64,000 nt of DNA from Pirellulales bacterium (GTDB lineage: Bacteria > Planctomycetota > Planctomycetia > Pirellulales > UBA1268): positions 14,797 through 78,796 of the forward strand of contig JBBAVV010000010.1 in the NCBI GenBank assembly GCA_040397545.1, written 5' to 3'. A program made the position numbers and the translations under genes. The notes under the pieces were generated by a model. That model ran no database searches. It was not told where the DNA came from and worked only from the letters and a program-made list of their open reading frames with translations. Shown here in pieces: positions 1 through 7,983 of the stretch; position 1 is the first letter of the stretch, and each line of letters begins with the position of its first letter.

Positions 1-2
1 CG

Positions 3-689
3 GTCGAGGGTCGGTTGGCCGGGTTCTTTGCCGTCAGTGATCCCCCCCGCCCCGAGGCAGCGGGAGTGATCGCCGGCCTCCGCCGGGAAGGGATCGCCGT
101 CGAGATGCTCTCCGGCGACACTCCGCAGGCGGCCCGCCATGTCGCCAAACTCGTCGGCATCGACTGGGCCGAGGGGGGGCTGTCGCCCGAGGCCAAGGCG
201 GAGCGGGTGATGCGGCTCCGCGACGATCTGCGGGGGGCGGGGAGCGTGGCCTTCATCGGCGACGGCGTCAACGACGCCCCGGCGCTCGCTTCGGCCGACG
301 TCGGCGTGGCGATGGGGTCAGGGGCCGATGTGGCCATGGAGACGGCCGACCTGACGCTCCTCTCTGGCGGGCTCGCCGCAGTGCCGCGGGCGATCACGCT
401 CGCGCGGGGAACGATGCGGAACGTCCGCCAGAATCTCCTCCTCGCCTTCATCTACAACATTCTCGCGATCCCGGTCGCGGCCGGCGTCCTCTATCCGCTC
501 CTCGGGCATGTGACCAGCCCGATGCTCGCAGCGGCGGCGATGAGCCTCTCGTCGCTCTCCGTGATCGCCAACGCGCTGCGGCTGCGCTCGCTCGATCTGA
601 CGACGAGCGACGGGGAAACCCTGTCGACCAACCCTCTTCACCCCCGAGAGTCCCGGCAGGGCCCCCTTCTGAAATCGGCCGACTCCTGA
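3..689 (+). CDS. copA: Heavy-metal translocating P1B-type ATPase, C-terminal part (truncated by window start; Cu(I)-type motifs)
   Basis: MLSGD, hinge FIGDGVNDAPALA, and membrane motifs YNILAIP and AMSLSSLSV typical of Cu+ P1B-1 ATPases. The frame is open to the window edge. Confidence 0.88.
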   Translation, partial: VEGRLAGFFAVSDPPRPEAAGVIAGLRREGIAVEMLSGDTPQAARHVAKLVGIDWAEGGLSPEAKAERVMRLRDDLRGAGSVAFIGDGVNDAPALASADVGVAMGSGADVAMETADLTLLSGGLAAVPRAITLARGTMRNVRQNLLLAFIYNILAIPVAAGVLYPLLGHVTSPMLAAAAMSLSSLSVIANALRLRSLDLTTSDGETLSTNPLHPRESRQGPLLKSADS

Positions 690-706
690 GAGGATTTGAA
701 CTCCCC
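680..706 (-). other. tRNA 3'-half-like fragment (T-arm plus acceptor strand), possible att remnant
   Basis: Minus strand reads GGGGAG-TTCAAAT-CCTCTCAGGAGTCG, a GTTCRAATCC T-loop with an imperfect stem. No D-arm, anticodon arm or CCA seen. Confidence 0.3.
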
Positions 707-821
707 GGCCAAGTGCGCCCAAAACGCCTTCAGCACGCAGCGACGTCAGGCCGCCAGCGTGGCTGCTTCTGATGCTTCCACCTCGGCATGCGCCCGCTGC
801 GGACTCGTATCCTCCACTGCC

Positions 822-2222
822 ATGTTGCTTGAAATCTCCACGACCCATACCCCTGCCGGCGACCTGGGCTACCTGCTCCACAAGCATCCGGGCCGGGTCC
901 AGACTTTCAGGCTGGCGTTTGGCGATGCACACGTCTTCTACCCGGAAGTGACCGCCGATCGCTGTGTCGCGGCCCTGCTCATCGATGTCGACCCGGTGGC
1001 GCTCGTTCGCGGCAAGGGGCGCGAGCGAACGCTGGACCAGTACGTCAATGATCGCCCCTATGTGGCTTCGTCAATGCTCGCGGTGGCCATCGCTCAGGTG
1101 TTCGGAACCGCGCTGGCCGGGAACTGCAAAGACCGCCCTGAGCTGGTGACCACGCCGATCCCCTTGACTGCTCGGATCGCGTCGATTCATTGCAACGGAG
1201 GGGAAGGGCTGTTGAAGAGGCTCTTCGAGCCGCTGGGTTACCGCCTGGCGGTCACCTCGCACATGCTCGATGCGGAGAAGCCGCAATGGGGTGCGTCGTC
1301 TCTGTTCACGGTCGAGATCGATGGGACCCAGACACTGTCGGACCTGCTCAGCCACCTGTACGTGCTTTGCCCCGTTCTCGACAACGAGAAGCACTATTGG
1401 GTGGGCGACGACGAAGTCGCCAAGCTCCTCCGCCACGGCGAGGGATGGCTGGCAAGGCATCCGGAGCGGGAGCTCATCGCCACGAGATACCTGAAGTACC
1501 GACGCAGTCTCGCGACCGATGCGATCAAGCAGTTGCGTGAACAGGACGGCGAAGGACCCGAGGAAATCGAGGCCGATTCGCCAGATGACCCCCGCGAGGA
1601 GGCGGCGGAGCGCCAGCTCAGCCTGCATCAACAGCGGCACGGCACGGTGCTCTCGGTGCTCCAGGCCAAGGGGGCCAAACGCGTCATCGACCTGGGGTGC
1701 GGCGAAGGCAAGCTCGTTCGTGAACTGCTCAGGCACCGGATCTTCGAGAGGATCGTCGGGATGGACGTGGCCCACCGGACGTTGGAAATCGCCGCGGAGC
1801 GCCTCCGCCTGGAGCAGCTTCCGCCGCTGGTCAGGCAGCGTGTGGAGCTCTTCCATGGGTCGCTGATGTACCGCGACAAACGGCTGGAGGGATTCGATGC
1901 CGCCGTGCTGTGCGAGGTGATCGAGCACTTGGACGAGCCGCGGCTTTCGGCGATGGAGCGTGTCGTGTTCGGATTTGCCCGACCCGGCATCATGATCGTG
2001 ACCACGCCCAACAGCGAGTACAACCCGATGTGGGAGAGCCTCGACGCCGGGGCGATGCGCCATCGCGATCACCGTTTCGAGTGGACTCGTCAGCAGTTCC
2101 GCACTTGGGCAAGCGCGGTCTGCGCTCGCTTCGGATACGGTGTCGAGCTTCGGCCAGTCGGGCCGGAAGATCCGAATGTCGGATCCCCAACGCAGATGGG
2201 GGTGTTCACTCGTGCCAGTTGA
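822..2222 (+). CDS. hen1: Bacterial Hen1, 3'-terminal RNA ribose 2'-O-methyltransferase with N-terminal ligase-activating domain
   Basis: Hen1-type N-terminus MLLEISTTHTPAGDLGYLLHKHP and YVNDRPYVASS. C-terminal methyltransferase motifs VIDLGCGEG, EVIEHLD, TTPNSEYN, RHRDHRFEWTR. ATG at 822 is in frame with the 696 ORF. Confidence 0.96.
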   Translation: MLLEISTTHTPAGDLGYLLHKHPGRVQTFRLAFGDAHVFYPEVTADRCVAALLIDVDPVALVRGKGRERTLDQYVNDRPYVASSMLAVAIAQVFGTALAGNCKDRPELVTTPIPLTARIASIHCNGGEGLLKRLFEPLGYRLAVTSHMLDAEKPQWGASSLFTVEIDGTQTLSDLLSHLYVLCPVLDNEKHYWVGDDEVAKLLRHGEGWLARHPERELIATRYLKYRRSLATDAIKQLREQDGEGPEEIEADSPDDPREEAAERQLSLHQQRHGTVLSVLQAKGAKRVIDLGCGEGKLVRELLRHRIFERIVGMDVAHRTLEIAAERLRLEQLPPLVRQRVELFHGSLMYRDKRLEGFDAAVLCEVIEHLDEPRLSAMERVVFGFARPGIMIVTTPNSEYNPMWESLDAGAMRHRDHRFEWTRQQFRTWASAVCARFGYGVELRPVGPEDPNVGSPTQMGVFTRAS

Positions 2223-4833
2223 GATCAAGGTTCCCGAGCTCTCCCTCGTGGTGATGATCGGTGTCTCCGGCTCCGGCAAGAGCACGATCGCGGGCCGACT
2301 GTTCAAGCCGACGGAGATCCTCTCCTCCGACACCTGCCGGGGGTGGGTCTCGGACGACGACAACAATCAGGAGGCCACCGGCGACGCGTTCGAGGTGCTC
2401 CACGCTGTGGCTCGCAAGCGGCTCGCACGGGGCCTGCTGACCGTAGTCGATGCCACGAATGTGCGGGCCGAGGACCGCAAGCCTCTTGTCCAGCTCGCGA
2501 GGGAGTTTCATTGCCTTCCGGTGGCCATCGTGGTCGACACCCCCGCACGCCTCTGCCACGATCGCAACGCGACCCGGCCAGACCGCAGCTTCGGACCTCA
2601 CGTCATCCGCAACCAGAAGATGGCCCTTCGTCAGGGGATGCGTTCACTGGAGCGGGAGGGGTTTCGCCATGTCGTTTTCGTGCGGACTCCAGAGGATTGT
2701 GACGCCGCCACGCTCGTTCGCGAACCACTCTGGAACAACCTCAAACACGAAGCCGGACCGTTCGACATCATCGGTGACGTTCATGGCTGCTACGACGAAC
2801 TGGTCGAACTGCTCGTCACACTCGGGTACACCCTGAGCCAGACGCCCGGCGAGCCCGAGGGAACCTGTGATCTGCTCGGTCCTCCAGGCCCGCCCCGGAA
2901 ACCCGTGTTTGTCGGGGATCTGGTCGACCGCGGCCCCAAGACACCGCCTGTCCTCCGTCTGGTGATGAAACTGGTCCGAGAGGGCAAGGCTCTGTGCGTG
3001 CCCGGCAATCACGACCTCAAGCTGCTCCGGGCTCTGCGGGGCAAGAACGTGCAGATCACGCACGGGCTGGCGGAGTCGCTGGCACAGCTTGGGGCCGAGC
3101 CCGAGGAATTCCGCAAGGACACTTCCTCCTTCATCGACGAGCTCGTGAGCCATTACGTTCTTGATGGCGGCCGTCTTGTCGTAGCGCACGCGGGAATGAA
3201 GGAGTCGATGCAAGGACGGGGCTCGGGGGCCGTCCGGGAGTTTGCCCTGTTCGGGGAGACCACCGGAGAAACCGATGAGTTCGGCCTCCCCATTCGGTAC
3301 GACTGGGCGGCGGAGTATCGGGGCAAGGCAGCCGTGGTGTACGGCCACACGCCCGTGCCAGAGCCCGAATGGCTCAACAACACCCTGTGCATCGATACCG
3401 GATGCGTGTTCGGCGGATCTTTGACCGCGCTTCGCTGGCCGGAGAGGGAGATCGTCTCAGTCTTCGCTCATGCGAAGTACGCCGAGTCGAAGAAGCCCTT
3501 CCTCCCCGCAGAGCAGCTTGCCCGACTGTCGCTGCAACAGCAGCACGACGATGTGCTCGACCTTGACGACATCTCGGGCAAGCGGCAGATCGAAACCGGG
3601 TTGACGCCCACAATCACGGTGCGTCAGGAAAACGCCGCTGCAGCCCTGGAGATCATGAGCCGCTTTGCGGCCGATCCACGGTGGGTCATCTACCTGCCTC
3701 CCACGATGTCGCCGTGCCAAACCAGTCGGGAGCCGGGGATGCTCGAGCATCCCCGGGAGGCATTCGAGTATTTCCGGACCCACGGCGTTGGGCGGGTGAT
3801 CTGCGAAGAAAAACACATGGGATCGCGGGCGGTGGCGATCGTCTGTCGCGAGCCCGAGGTGGCCAGGAAACGGTTCGGTGTCGCCCCACCCGCGGCCACG
3901 TCGGAACGGCTCGGGTCGGACGCGGCCGCAGACACCCTCGGACTCTTCTACACCCGGACAGGCCGACCGTTCTTCAACGACCGTTCGACCGAGCAAACCC
4001 TCCTGCGGCGCCTTCGTGACTCGATCACGAAGTGCGGACTTTGGGATCAACTCCAGACGGACTGGATGTGCCTCGACTGTGAGCTCATGCCCTGGTCGGC
4101 CAAGGCTCAGGCGCTGATCAAGGAGCAATACGCAGCCGTCGGCGTTGCCGCCATGACCGGCCTCCAGGGCAGCGTCGCCGCACTCGAACAGGCCCATTCC
4201 CGTCTCCCGGAAGTGCGGCCCCTTCTGGACCGACATCGCGAACGACTTGAGCTGGTCCGAAAGTACACGGCCGCATACCGGCAGTATTGCTGGGACGTCA
4301 CGACCGTAGACGATCTTCGGCTCGCCCCGTTCCACCTTCTCGCCAGCGAGGGCAAGGTCCACGTTGACCGCGACCATGTCTGGCACATGGAGACGCTGGC
4401 CCGCATCGCGGCCACTGGCGATCCGGTGTTTCTCGCCACGCCCTTCAAGGTCGTCGACCTGTCGAGAGAGGCCGACGAGGAAGAAGGCACGAACTGGTGG
4501 ACGACCCTCACGTCCCGCGGGGGTGAGGGCATGGTGGTCAAACCGCTGGATTTCATCGCCAAAGGACCCCGTGGCCTGCTCCAACCAGCCATCAAAGTCC
4601 GCGGACCAGAGTACCTACGGATCATCTACGGGCCCGAGTACACCCTCCCGGCAAACCTCGACCGTCTTCGATCACGCGGCCTGGGAGCAAAGCGGTCGCT
4701 GGCCACGAAGGAGTTTTCGCTCGGCGTGGAGTCCCTCGAACGGTTTGTCCGGCGGGAACCGCTCCGACGGGTTCACGAGTGTGTCTTCGCGGTGCTCGCC
4801 ATGGAGAGCGAACCTGTCGATCCGCGGCTGTGA
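2212..4833 (+). CDS. pnkp: Polynucleotide kinase-phosphatase-ligase (bacterial Pnkp)
   Basis: P-loop GVSGSGKS. Metallophosphoesterase motifs GDVHGC, GDLVDRGP, GNHD, YGHTP, IDTGC. Ligase motifs EEKHMGSR and EGMVVKP. C-terminal EPVDPRL. Proposed GTG start overlaps the hen1 stop. Confidence 0.96.
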   Translation: MPVEIKVPELSLVVMIGVSGSGKSTIAGRLFKPTEILSSDTCRGWVSDDDNNQEATGDAFEVLHAVARKRLARGLLTVVDATNVRAEDRKPLVQLAREFHCLPVAIVVDTPARLCHDRNATRPDRSFGPHVIRNQKMALRQGMRSLEREGFRHVVFVRTPEDCDAATLVREPLWNNLKHEAGPFDIIGDVHGCYDELVELLVTLGYTLSQTPGEPEGTCDLLGPPGPPRKPVFVGDLVDRGPKTPPVLRLVMKLVREGKALCVPGNHDLKLLRALRGKNVQITHGLAESLAQLGAEPEEFRKDTSSFIDELVSHYVLDGGRLVVAHAGMKESMQGRGSGAVREFALFGETTGETDEFGLPIRYDWAAEYRGKAAVVYGHTPVPEPEWLNNTLCIDTGCVFGGSLTALRWPEREIVSVFAHAKYAESKKPFLPAEQLARLSLQQQHDDVLDLDDISGKRQIETGLTPTITVRQENAAAALEIMSRFAADPRWVIYLPPTMSPCQTSREPGMLEHPREAFEYFRTHGVGRVICEEKHMGSRAVAIVCREPEVARKRFGVAPPAATSERLGSDAAADTLGLFYTRTGRPFFNDRSTEQTLLRRLRDSITKCGLWDQLQTDWMCLDCELMPWSAKAQALIKEQYAAVGVAAMTGLQGSVAALEQAHSRLPEVRPLLDRHRERLELVRKYTAAYRQYCWDVTTVDDLRLAPFHLLASEGKVHVDRDHVWHMETLARIAATGDPVFLATPFKVVDLSREADEEEGTNWWTTLTSRGGEGMVVKPLDFIAKGPRGLLQPAIKVRGPEYLRIIYGPEYTLPANLDRLRSRGLGAKRSLATKEFSLGVESLERFVRREPLRRVHECVFAVLAMESEPVDPRL

Positions 4834-4855
4834 GAACCCTACCGTCGTCGGCGAT

Positions 4856-4896
4856 GCTCACCCCCCCAACCTCTGCCCCGCCCTTGCGGGGACAGG
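4856..4896 (+). repeat. REP-like GC hairpin downstream of pnkp
   Basis: CTG-CCCCGC-cctt-GCGGGG-a-CAG stem-loop preceded by a C-rich tract. No U-tract follows, so it is not a classic intrinsic terminator. Confidence 0.35.
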
Positions 4897-5070
4897 TCAG
4901 GCCGTCCCCACGGGCCCACGCCGAATGGTTGCACGGCCAATTGCCCCAGTCCGCGCGAGAGCCAAAAAAAAGGCTGGCTTTAATCTTTCTACCCGGATAT
5001 CAAGAGCGAGTTGCTTTCGTCCGATCGTCGGACCGATCGCCGGCCGGGGGAGTCCACTTGGGGATGCGCA

Positions 5071-6930
5071 ATGTCCGGTCTGGACCTCGATCGACCCAAT
5101 CAAATCCCCCACGCCTTCCTGACGCTCGTCGGGGCCCGCTCCTGTCCCGGTGTGCCGCTGTGCGGCATCGCGGAACTGCTCGACACCCTCGTGCGGCTCG
5201 CGGGTCGGGAAATCGAGGTTGAGCAGGCCAACAAGGGTCTGACGAACACCTACTCCATCGGCGGCACCACGGCCCGGGCAATCCAGTTCCTGTTCGGAAC
5301 GGGCCTCAAGAGCGGGGCTTTCTCCAACTTGAAGCTCCTCATCGAGGCCGACCCGAGGAGCGTGCTGAAACTGATCACCCTGCACGAGCACGGTGCCCTC
5401 GGCGATCCCGCCGCTCCGCCGCCGAACTCCCTCAACAACCTGCCGCTGGAGTCCGCCCCCCAGTGGGCGATCTCGTGGACGAACTACGCGGGGGTGCACG
5501 AGCGGGCCACCCCGCCCACGGGAGCCGACCCGCTGGACACGTTCAGTGCCGCGCTCAACCCCACCGACCCCGCAACCGCCAGCCGGCAGTTCTGGCCGAC
5601 CATCGCCGAGTACGGGCTGGGTTACAACCTGCTCGTTCTCCAGAAGGTGCGGGGCGGGCAGTTCGCGGTCCTCAAGGCTCTGTTCGGCCCGGCCTGGGCT
5701 CCCGCCTGGGACGCCGCCGCGGCTGCCGGGCTGCTGTACGTGATCGACCTGCGGGTCTTCGAGTCGCTGACCCCGGACACGGCGAACCAGCGGTTCACCC
5801 CCGCCACGGTGACGCTGCTCGCGCAGGACCCTGTGACGAAGGAACTGCGCGCCGTGGCCGTGCGGGTCACGGCCCAGGGCGGCACGCAGGTGCAGGTGTA
5901 CGTGGAGTCGAGTCCGGCCTGGCTGTACGGGCTCCAGGCCGCCCGGACGTCCGTCACGGTGTACGGCATCTGGCTCGGCCACGTCTACCACTGGCACATC
6001 GTCACCGCGGCCATGTTCCTGGCCGCGGGCGAGACGCTCCCGGACGGCAGCGGGGGCACGCCGGTTCACCCCATCCGGCAACTGCTCGACCCCCAGTCAC
6101 AGTATCTGGCTGCGTTCGACGAGGTGCTGCTGCTGCTGTGGTCTTACGTCGCCCCTCCAACCTCCGTGGCCACCTCCTGGGACTTCCTGCGGCTGATGAG
6201 CCACTTCGCCACCGGCCGCGGTTATTTCATGGACGACCCGAAGGCGACCCTCGACCGCCACGGCATCACCGAGGCCGACTTCTCGGCGCAGTCGCCGTGG
6301 GACCGTTACCCGATCGTGCGGACGTTCCTCGCCGTCTGGGACGCGACGGCGGCATACGTGGCGGCGTTCGTCGATCACACCTACACCCCCGCACACCCCC
6401 CCGCCGCGGACGCCGCTCTCCAGGCGTGGGTGAACGCCGCCGCCGACCCGAGCGTCGGGAACGTCCCGGGGCTGCCGGCCGGGGTCGGCACCAACGACGA
6501 GTTGAAGCCCCTGCTGACGAGCCTGATCTACCGCGTGACCATGCACGGCGCGGCGCGCCTCCTCTCGACCGCGAACCCCGGGCTGACGTTCGTGGCGAAC
6601 TACCCGCCGTGCCTTCAAAACCTGACGGTTCCGGACCCGGGCACACCGCTCACGCCGGCGGCGCTGTTCGAGTACCTGCCGCGGACGGGCACGATCGGTG
6701 GAATGGTGAAATTCTATTACACCTTCTCGTTCTCGCGGCCGTACGAGCCGTTCGTCCCGGAGTACGGGCTCGACGCGAACCTGTTCTTCCCGGGCGGGGC
6801 GGACGAGCCCCGCAACGCGGCGTTGATCGCGTACCGCCGGGTCGTCCAGGACCTGATCGACCAGTTGTCGCCGGTGTCGCCGCCGAACCAGTCGCAGCGG
6901 TATCAGTGGCCGCGATCGATCGAAACCTGA
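5071..6930 (+). CDS. Divergent lipoxygenase-family (non-heme metal) protein, 619 aa
   Basis: Colinear lipoxygenase-like motifs: GLLYVIDL, KELRAVAVRV, WLGHVYHWH (Hx4H), HPIRQLLDP, YP..VWDATAAYV, LQAW, LTSLIYRVTMHGAA, VANYPP, and C-terminal WPRSIET (compare IPNSISI). Confidence 0.8.
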   Translation: MSGLDLDRPNQIPHAFLTLVGARSCPGVPLCGIAELLDTLVRLAGREIEVEQANKGLTNTYSIGGTTARAIQFLFGTGLKSGAFSNLKLLIEADPRSVLKLITLHEHGALGDPAAPPPNSLNNLPLESAPQWAISWTNYAGVHERATPPTGADPLDTFSAALNPTDPATASRQFWPTIAEYGLGYNLLVLQKVRGGQFAVLKALFGPAWAPAWDAAAAAGLLYVIDLRVFESLTPDTANQRFTPATVTLLAQDPVTKELRAVAVRVTAQGGTQVQVYVESSPAWLYGLQAARTSVTVYGIWLGHVYHWHIVTAAMFLAAGETLPDGSGGTPVHPIRQLLDPQSQYLAAFDEVLLLLWSYVAPPTSVATSWDFLRLMSHFATGRGYFMDDPKATLDRHGITEADFSAQSPWDRYPIVRTFLAVWDATAAYVAAFVDHTYTPAHPPAADAALQAWVNAAADPSVGNVPGLPAGVGTNDELKPLLTSLIYRVTMHGAARLLSTANPGLTFVANYPPCLQNLTVPDPGTPLTPAALFEYLPRTGTIGGMVKFYYTFSFSRPYEPFVPEYGLDANLFFPGGADEPRNAALIAYRRVVQDLIDQLSPVSPPNQSQRYQWPRSIET

Positions 6931-6944
6931 TCGGGGCCCTCTTC

Positions 6945-6984
6945 GTGATCGCGGCCGACCATCGCGGTGCCGCCCCGTTGAAGC
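6945..6984 (+). repeat. Solitary hairpin resembling a degenerate type I-G (I-U) CRISPR repeat
   Basis: GTGATCGCGGCCGACCATCGCGGTGCCGCCCCGTTGAAGC, with a GCGGC/GCCGC stem and the 3' end CCCCGTTGAAGC. Single copy only. Confidence 0.3.
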
Positions 6985-7136
6985 GCGCCGCTTGAGCCTC
7001 CGCCTGTGTCTCCCGCTCGCGGCCCGCCGACCGACTGGGCCGAGCTTGTCGAGGTCGAGGACCCTGACCCAGGCGCTCGTGTTTACCTCCCTCACGAACG
7101 AATGGCGACGGCCCACGGAAAAGGTCCGCGCCGGCC

Positions 7137-7940
7137 TCACAGTCCCGTCAGCGGGACCGTGAGCCCGTCGTAGGCCAGCTCCATGCCGGGAGGGAGCTGC
7201 GCCGAGACCGCACGGTGGGAGATGTCGTGCGAGAAGTGGAGGAAGAGCGTTCGCTTCGCCCCCACGCGCCGCGCCACCTCGACCGACTCTTCCAGCGAAA
7301 AATGCGTCGGATGACGGGTGTGCCGAAGGCAGTCGAGGACGAGAACGTCGAGCCCCGCCAGCCGCTCGAACGTCTCCTCCGGTATGAGGTTCGTGTCGGT
7401 GCAATAGGCGACGTCGCCAAAGCGGAAGCCGAGAACGTCGAAGACGCCGTGCCGGAGCCGGAGCGGCACGACGCGGCAGCCGAGGAGGTCGAAAGGCGCG
7501 GTCGTGATCCGCGAGAATTCGAGCTTCGGCACGCCCCCACCGGGAAGCGGCATCGGCAGGAAGGCGTAGTCGAAGGCCCGGCGGATCCGATCCTCGACGA
7601 GCACCTCGCAGTAGACCGGGATCGGCCCGCCGCGCGCGAAACAGAGTGGCCGGACGTCGTCGAGGCCGTAGAGATGGTCGATATGCTCGTGCGTGTAGAG
7701 CACCGCGTCGACCCGGCCGATCCGCTCCCGGAGGAGTTGGGCGCGGAGATCGGGGGTCGTGTCAACCAGGAGCGTGCCCCCGGGGAGCCCCAACAGGACG
7801 CTCGTCCGCGTCCGCCGGTCACGCGGGTCGTCGCTCGTGCAGACCGGACAGGCACACCCCACCATCGGCACGCCGACGCTCGTGCCGGTGCCGAGGAAGA
7901 GCATCTCGCCAGCGGGATCGCGAAACGGGGATGCGGCCAT
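7137..7940 (-). CDS. MBL-fold metallo-hydrolase (PhnP/YycJ-like phosphodiesterase)
   Basis: LGTGTSVGVP, CACPVC, THEHIDHLYGLDD (HxHxDH), YCTD, HPTHF, HFSH. Confidence 0.9.
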   Translation of the reverse strand: MAASPFRDPAGEMLFLGTGTSVGVPMVGCACPVCTSDDPRDRRTRTSVLLGLPGGTLLVDTTPDLRAQLLRERIGRVDAVLYTHEHIDHLYGLDDVRPLCFARGGPIPVYCEVLVEDRIRRAFDYAFLPMPLPGGGVPKLEFSRITTAPFDLLGCRVVPLRLRHGVFDVLGFRFGDVAYCTDTNLIPEETFERLAGLDVLVLDCLRHTRHPTHFSLEESVEVARRVGAKRTLFLHFSHDISHRAVSAQLPPGMELAYDGLTVPLTGL

Positions 7941-7983
7941 GACTGAAAAACTCTGGGGTGGCCGGGGCATCGTAGCAGCCCGC

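Noticed and set aside
676-760. Intact tRNA gene
   Set aside because: Only a T-arm-like piece is present; no D-arm, anticodon arm or matching 5' acceptor strand.
696-821. N-terminal extensions in the ORF track (hen1 from 696, pnkp 2140, secA 9241, dxs 45249, manC 17878, AsmA-like 56910 and others)
   Set aside because: The extensions overlap neighbouring genes or are low-complexity; family-typical N-termini begin at downstream starts.
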